From contig MGJB01000002.1 in assembly GCA_001794055.1 (NCBI GenBank), forward strand, positions 1 through 46,933: a stretch of 46,933 nucleotides of DNA. The letters run 5' to 3'. Position numbers and translations under genes: made by a program. Source of the stretch: Candidatus Yanofskybacteria bacterium RIFCSPHIGHO2_01_FULL_41_26. GTDB taxonomy: Bacteria; Patescibacteriota; Minisyncoccia; 2-02-FULL-40-12; GWA2-44-9. This document shows positions 45,321 to 46,933 of the stretch, piece after piece (the first letter of the stretch is position 1; each line of letters opens with the position of its first letter). The notes below the pieces were generated by a model. The model was given only the letters and a program-made list of their open reading frames with translations. It was not told the DNA's origin and searched no databases.

Positions 45321-45394
45321 TGTCCCCGGGGTGATTTGAACACCCGGCCTTAGGGTCCGCAACCCTACGCTCTATCCAGCTGAGCTACGGGGAC
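45321..45394 (-). tRNA. tRNA-Arg(GCG)
   Basis: GTCCCCGTAGCTCAGCTGGATAGAGCG-TAGGG-TTGCGGA-CCCTA...GTTCAAATC..CGGGGACA. Confidence 0.95.
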
Positions 45395-45405
45395 AATATG
45401 TTTTT

Positions 45406-46005
45406 TTATAATCCCATTTTTCTGCTGATTAAATCTACCAAAGATTTCTCATGTTCTTTTTCTGCGATGAATTTTACCATCAAAGATCGGAGTTTCACCG
45501 GATTTTGGTTTTCAATGGAAATCTTAACATACGGCATATACCATTTTCTGGCTTCCAGGCTTAACTCTTTCGGGCCGTTTGGATTATAATCCAGCCAAAA
45601 AGATTTTAGTTCCTTATAAAAATAAGCATGGTTATCTATCATTACGCCCGCTTGATTGACTACGACCTTAGATGCCATCGGTTTTTTATTGACATAAAGA
45701 GCCATTACCACAGAAGAAAGAATTAAAAAAATAGCGGTCAAAGCATCCATGCGATAAAAAATTATGGCACCTGCTCCGGCTAATAACGCAATTATAATCC
45801 AGGCAAGATATTTTTTCTGGGGGTTGTAATAAAACGATGGTGCTTCCCATTCAAACCGATCAGTTTTTTCGGGGAGTAGACTAATTTCGGCTGTTGCCGG
45901 TTGTATCTTTTCTCTCATCTCTTGTTTAACCAAAGGCACTTTCTCAGCAGTGGAGAGTGTTTCTTTTTGCCGGATTTTTTTTCTTAAATCAACAGTTCTA
46001 GACAT
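45406..46005 (-). CDS. Membrane protein with two TM helices and a C-terminal beta domain (DUF5673-like)
   Basis: FEWEAP, TM hairpin, GVMID..Y.YKELKSFW. The family name comes from recalled similarity only. Confidence 0.75.
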   Translation of the reverse strand: MSRTVDLRKKIRQKETLSTAEKVPLVKQEMREKIQPATAEISLLPEKTDRFEWEAPSFYYNPQKKYLAWIIIALLAGAGAIIFYRMDALTAIFLILSSVVMALYVNKKPMASKVVVNQAGVMIDNHAYFYKELKSFWLDYNPNGPKELSLEARKWYMPYVKISIENQNPVKLRSLMVKFIAEKEHEKSLVDLISRKMGL

Positions 46006-46292
46006 TGGCGGTGTATTCTTGAAATAGCTCGAACGGAATTCTGCCCTCGTCCCGCTTCGCGGGACTCGGAATGGGCGGGCAAAATGAATTCTGAAGCCGA
46101 GAGCATTAACAATTTCAAGTTTTTAATTGAGTTAAGTATAACTCAATTCAGTGAATTTTTCAATTTAAAATTATTGAAAAATTCACTGGCTTTGGCGGCA
46201 AATTCTCGCTCTTTGAATTATGAAAAAGAAAGGGCCACCGCTCCCTTTCGAAAGTCGGTGGCCGTTGGTGGAACATGAGGTCGCCAGCTCAA

Positions 46293-46745
46293 CTAGCCCT
46301 CACTGGAACCGAATCGACGCGCGAGGACGTAGATGTCTTTCCGTATCGAGAAGTCGGTTGGGTTGTCGTCGGAGCTTGCCAACCGCTTTGCATCCTCGAC
46401 ATTACGGAAGGTGTACACGATGAGAACATCCTCGTTGAAGATACGATATTTGTAGCCAGGAGGACGGTCAAAGACACTCCTCTGGACCACGAAGCATCGG
46501 AAGGCGAGATCACCTTCGTCGACGATGTTGTCACACGTCTTGTGAGCAGCGGCCCAACCCTCGGGCTTCACGTGGGGAGAGATGCTGTCTTTGAAGATGA
46601 CGGCGCGTGCGTCAGCCGCCATCAACTGCCCGCGCGAGATCGCCCGAATGTCCGATTCGTTCGGAACTCCGGGGACAACGCCGAACCTCGCCGCGATGAG
46701 AACCAACACTGCACCAGCCAGGAAACCAAGAAGCGTGTTCTTCAT
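46293..46745 (-). CDS. Secreted or membrane-anchored hypothetical protein (stand-alone unit, GC-rich)
   Basis: GAGGAGGA SD before ATG 46745, TTGATA-17-TATAGT promoter, N-terminal hydrophobic helix, GGCCACCG/CGGTGGCC hairpin downstream. Confidence 0.75.
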   Translation of the reverse strand: MKNTLLGFLAGAVLVLIAARFGVVPGVPNESDIRAISRGQLMAADARAVIFKDSISPHVKPEGWAAAHKTCDNIVDEGDLAFRCFVVQRSVFDRPPGYKYRIFNEDVLIVYTFRNVEDAKRLASSDDNPTDFSIRKDIYVLARRFGSSEG

Positions 46746-46851
46746 ACTCGTCTGTCCTCCTCTCAAGGAACGTCCGTACTGGCCTGCACTATACTAATTA
46801 TTAGCTTAAATATCAAGAAGCGGCGTTTAGCCGCTTCTTGGAAAAAATTGA

Positions 46852-46933
46852 TTAAAAAATTTCTTTTGCCCTTCCAAAATATGATTCGAGCCGATTTGTT
46901 TTCAGGTTCTTTGGCAGTTTGGAATGCTCTCGG
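46852..46933 (-). CDS. 3' end of a gene entering from the right edge
   Basis: ..REHSKLPKNLKTNRLESYFGRAKEIF* followed by the CAAGAAGCGGC/GCCGCTTCTTG hairpin. Confidence 0.45.
   Translation of the reverse strand, partial: REHSKLPKNLKTNRLESYFGRAKEIF

Overview
Chromosomal segment of a low-GC bacterium, most likely Patescibacteria/CPR (Parcubacteria-like). This is an inference from the intron-containing 16S gene, tRNA-Arg(GCG), the rpsO-NYN-pnp order and Shine-Dalgarno (SD)-poor core genes. The window opens inside a 16S rRNA gene (minus strand) interrupted by a group I intron encoding a LAGLIDADG endonuclease. It then carries housekeeping genes (trmD, khpA, leuS, tatD, metG, rsmI, a Xer-like recombinase, rpsO, pnp, comM, yraN, tsaE, polA, mutM, holA, recG), three tRNAs (the initiator is split by a 223-nt group I intron), and a prkA/yeaG-yeaH-spoVR operon back-to-back with lon. 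The least explained content is non-coding or architectural: (1) two families of dispersed, modular, covarying hairpin elements that sit beside or truncate small accessory genes; (2) about a dozen self-contained promoter-SD-ORF(-terminator) units; (3) short palindromes and 7-bp tandem repeats in frame inside core genes; (4) a locus at about 21.2-21.5 kb with DnaA boxes, a TGTCACC array and a probable small RNA. All calls come from reading motifs by eye; no searches or folding were run.
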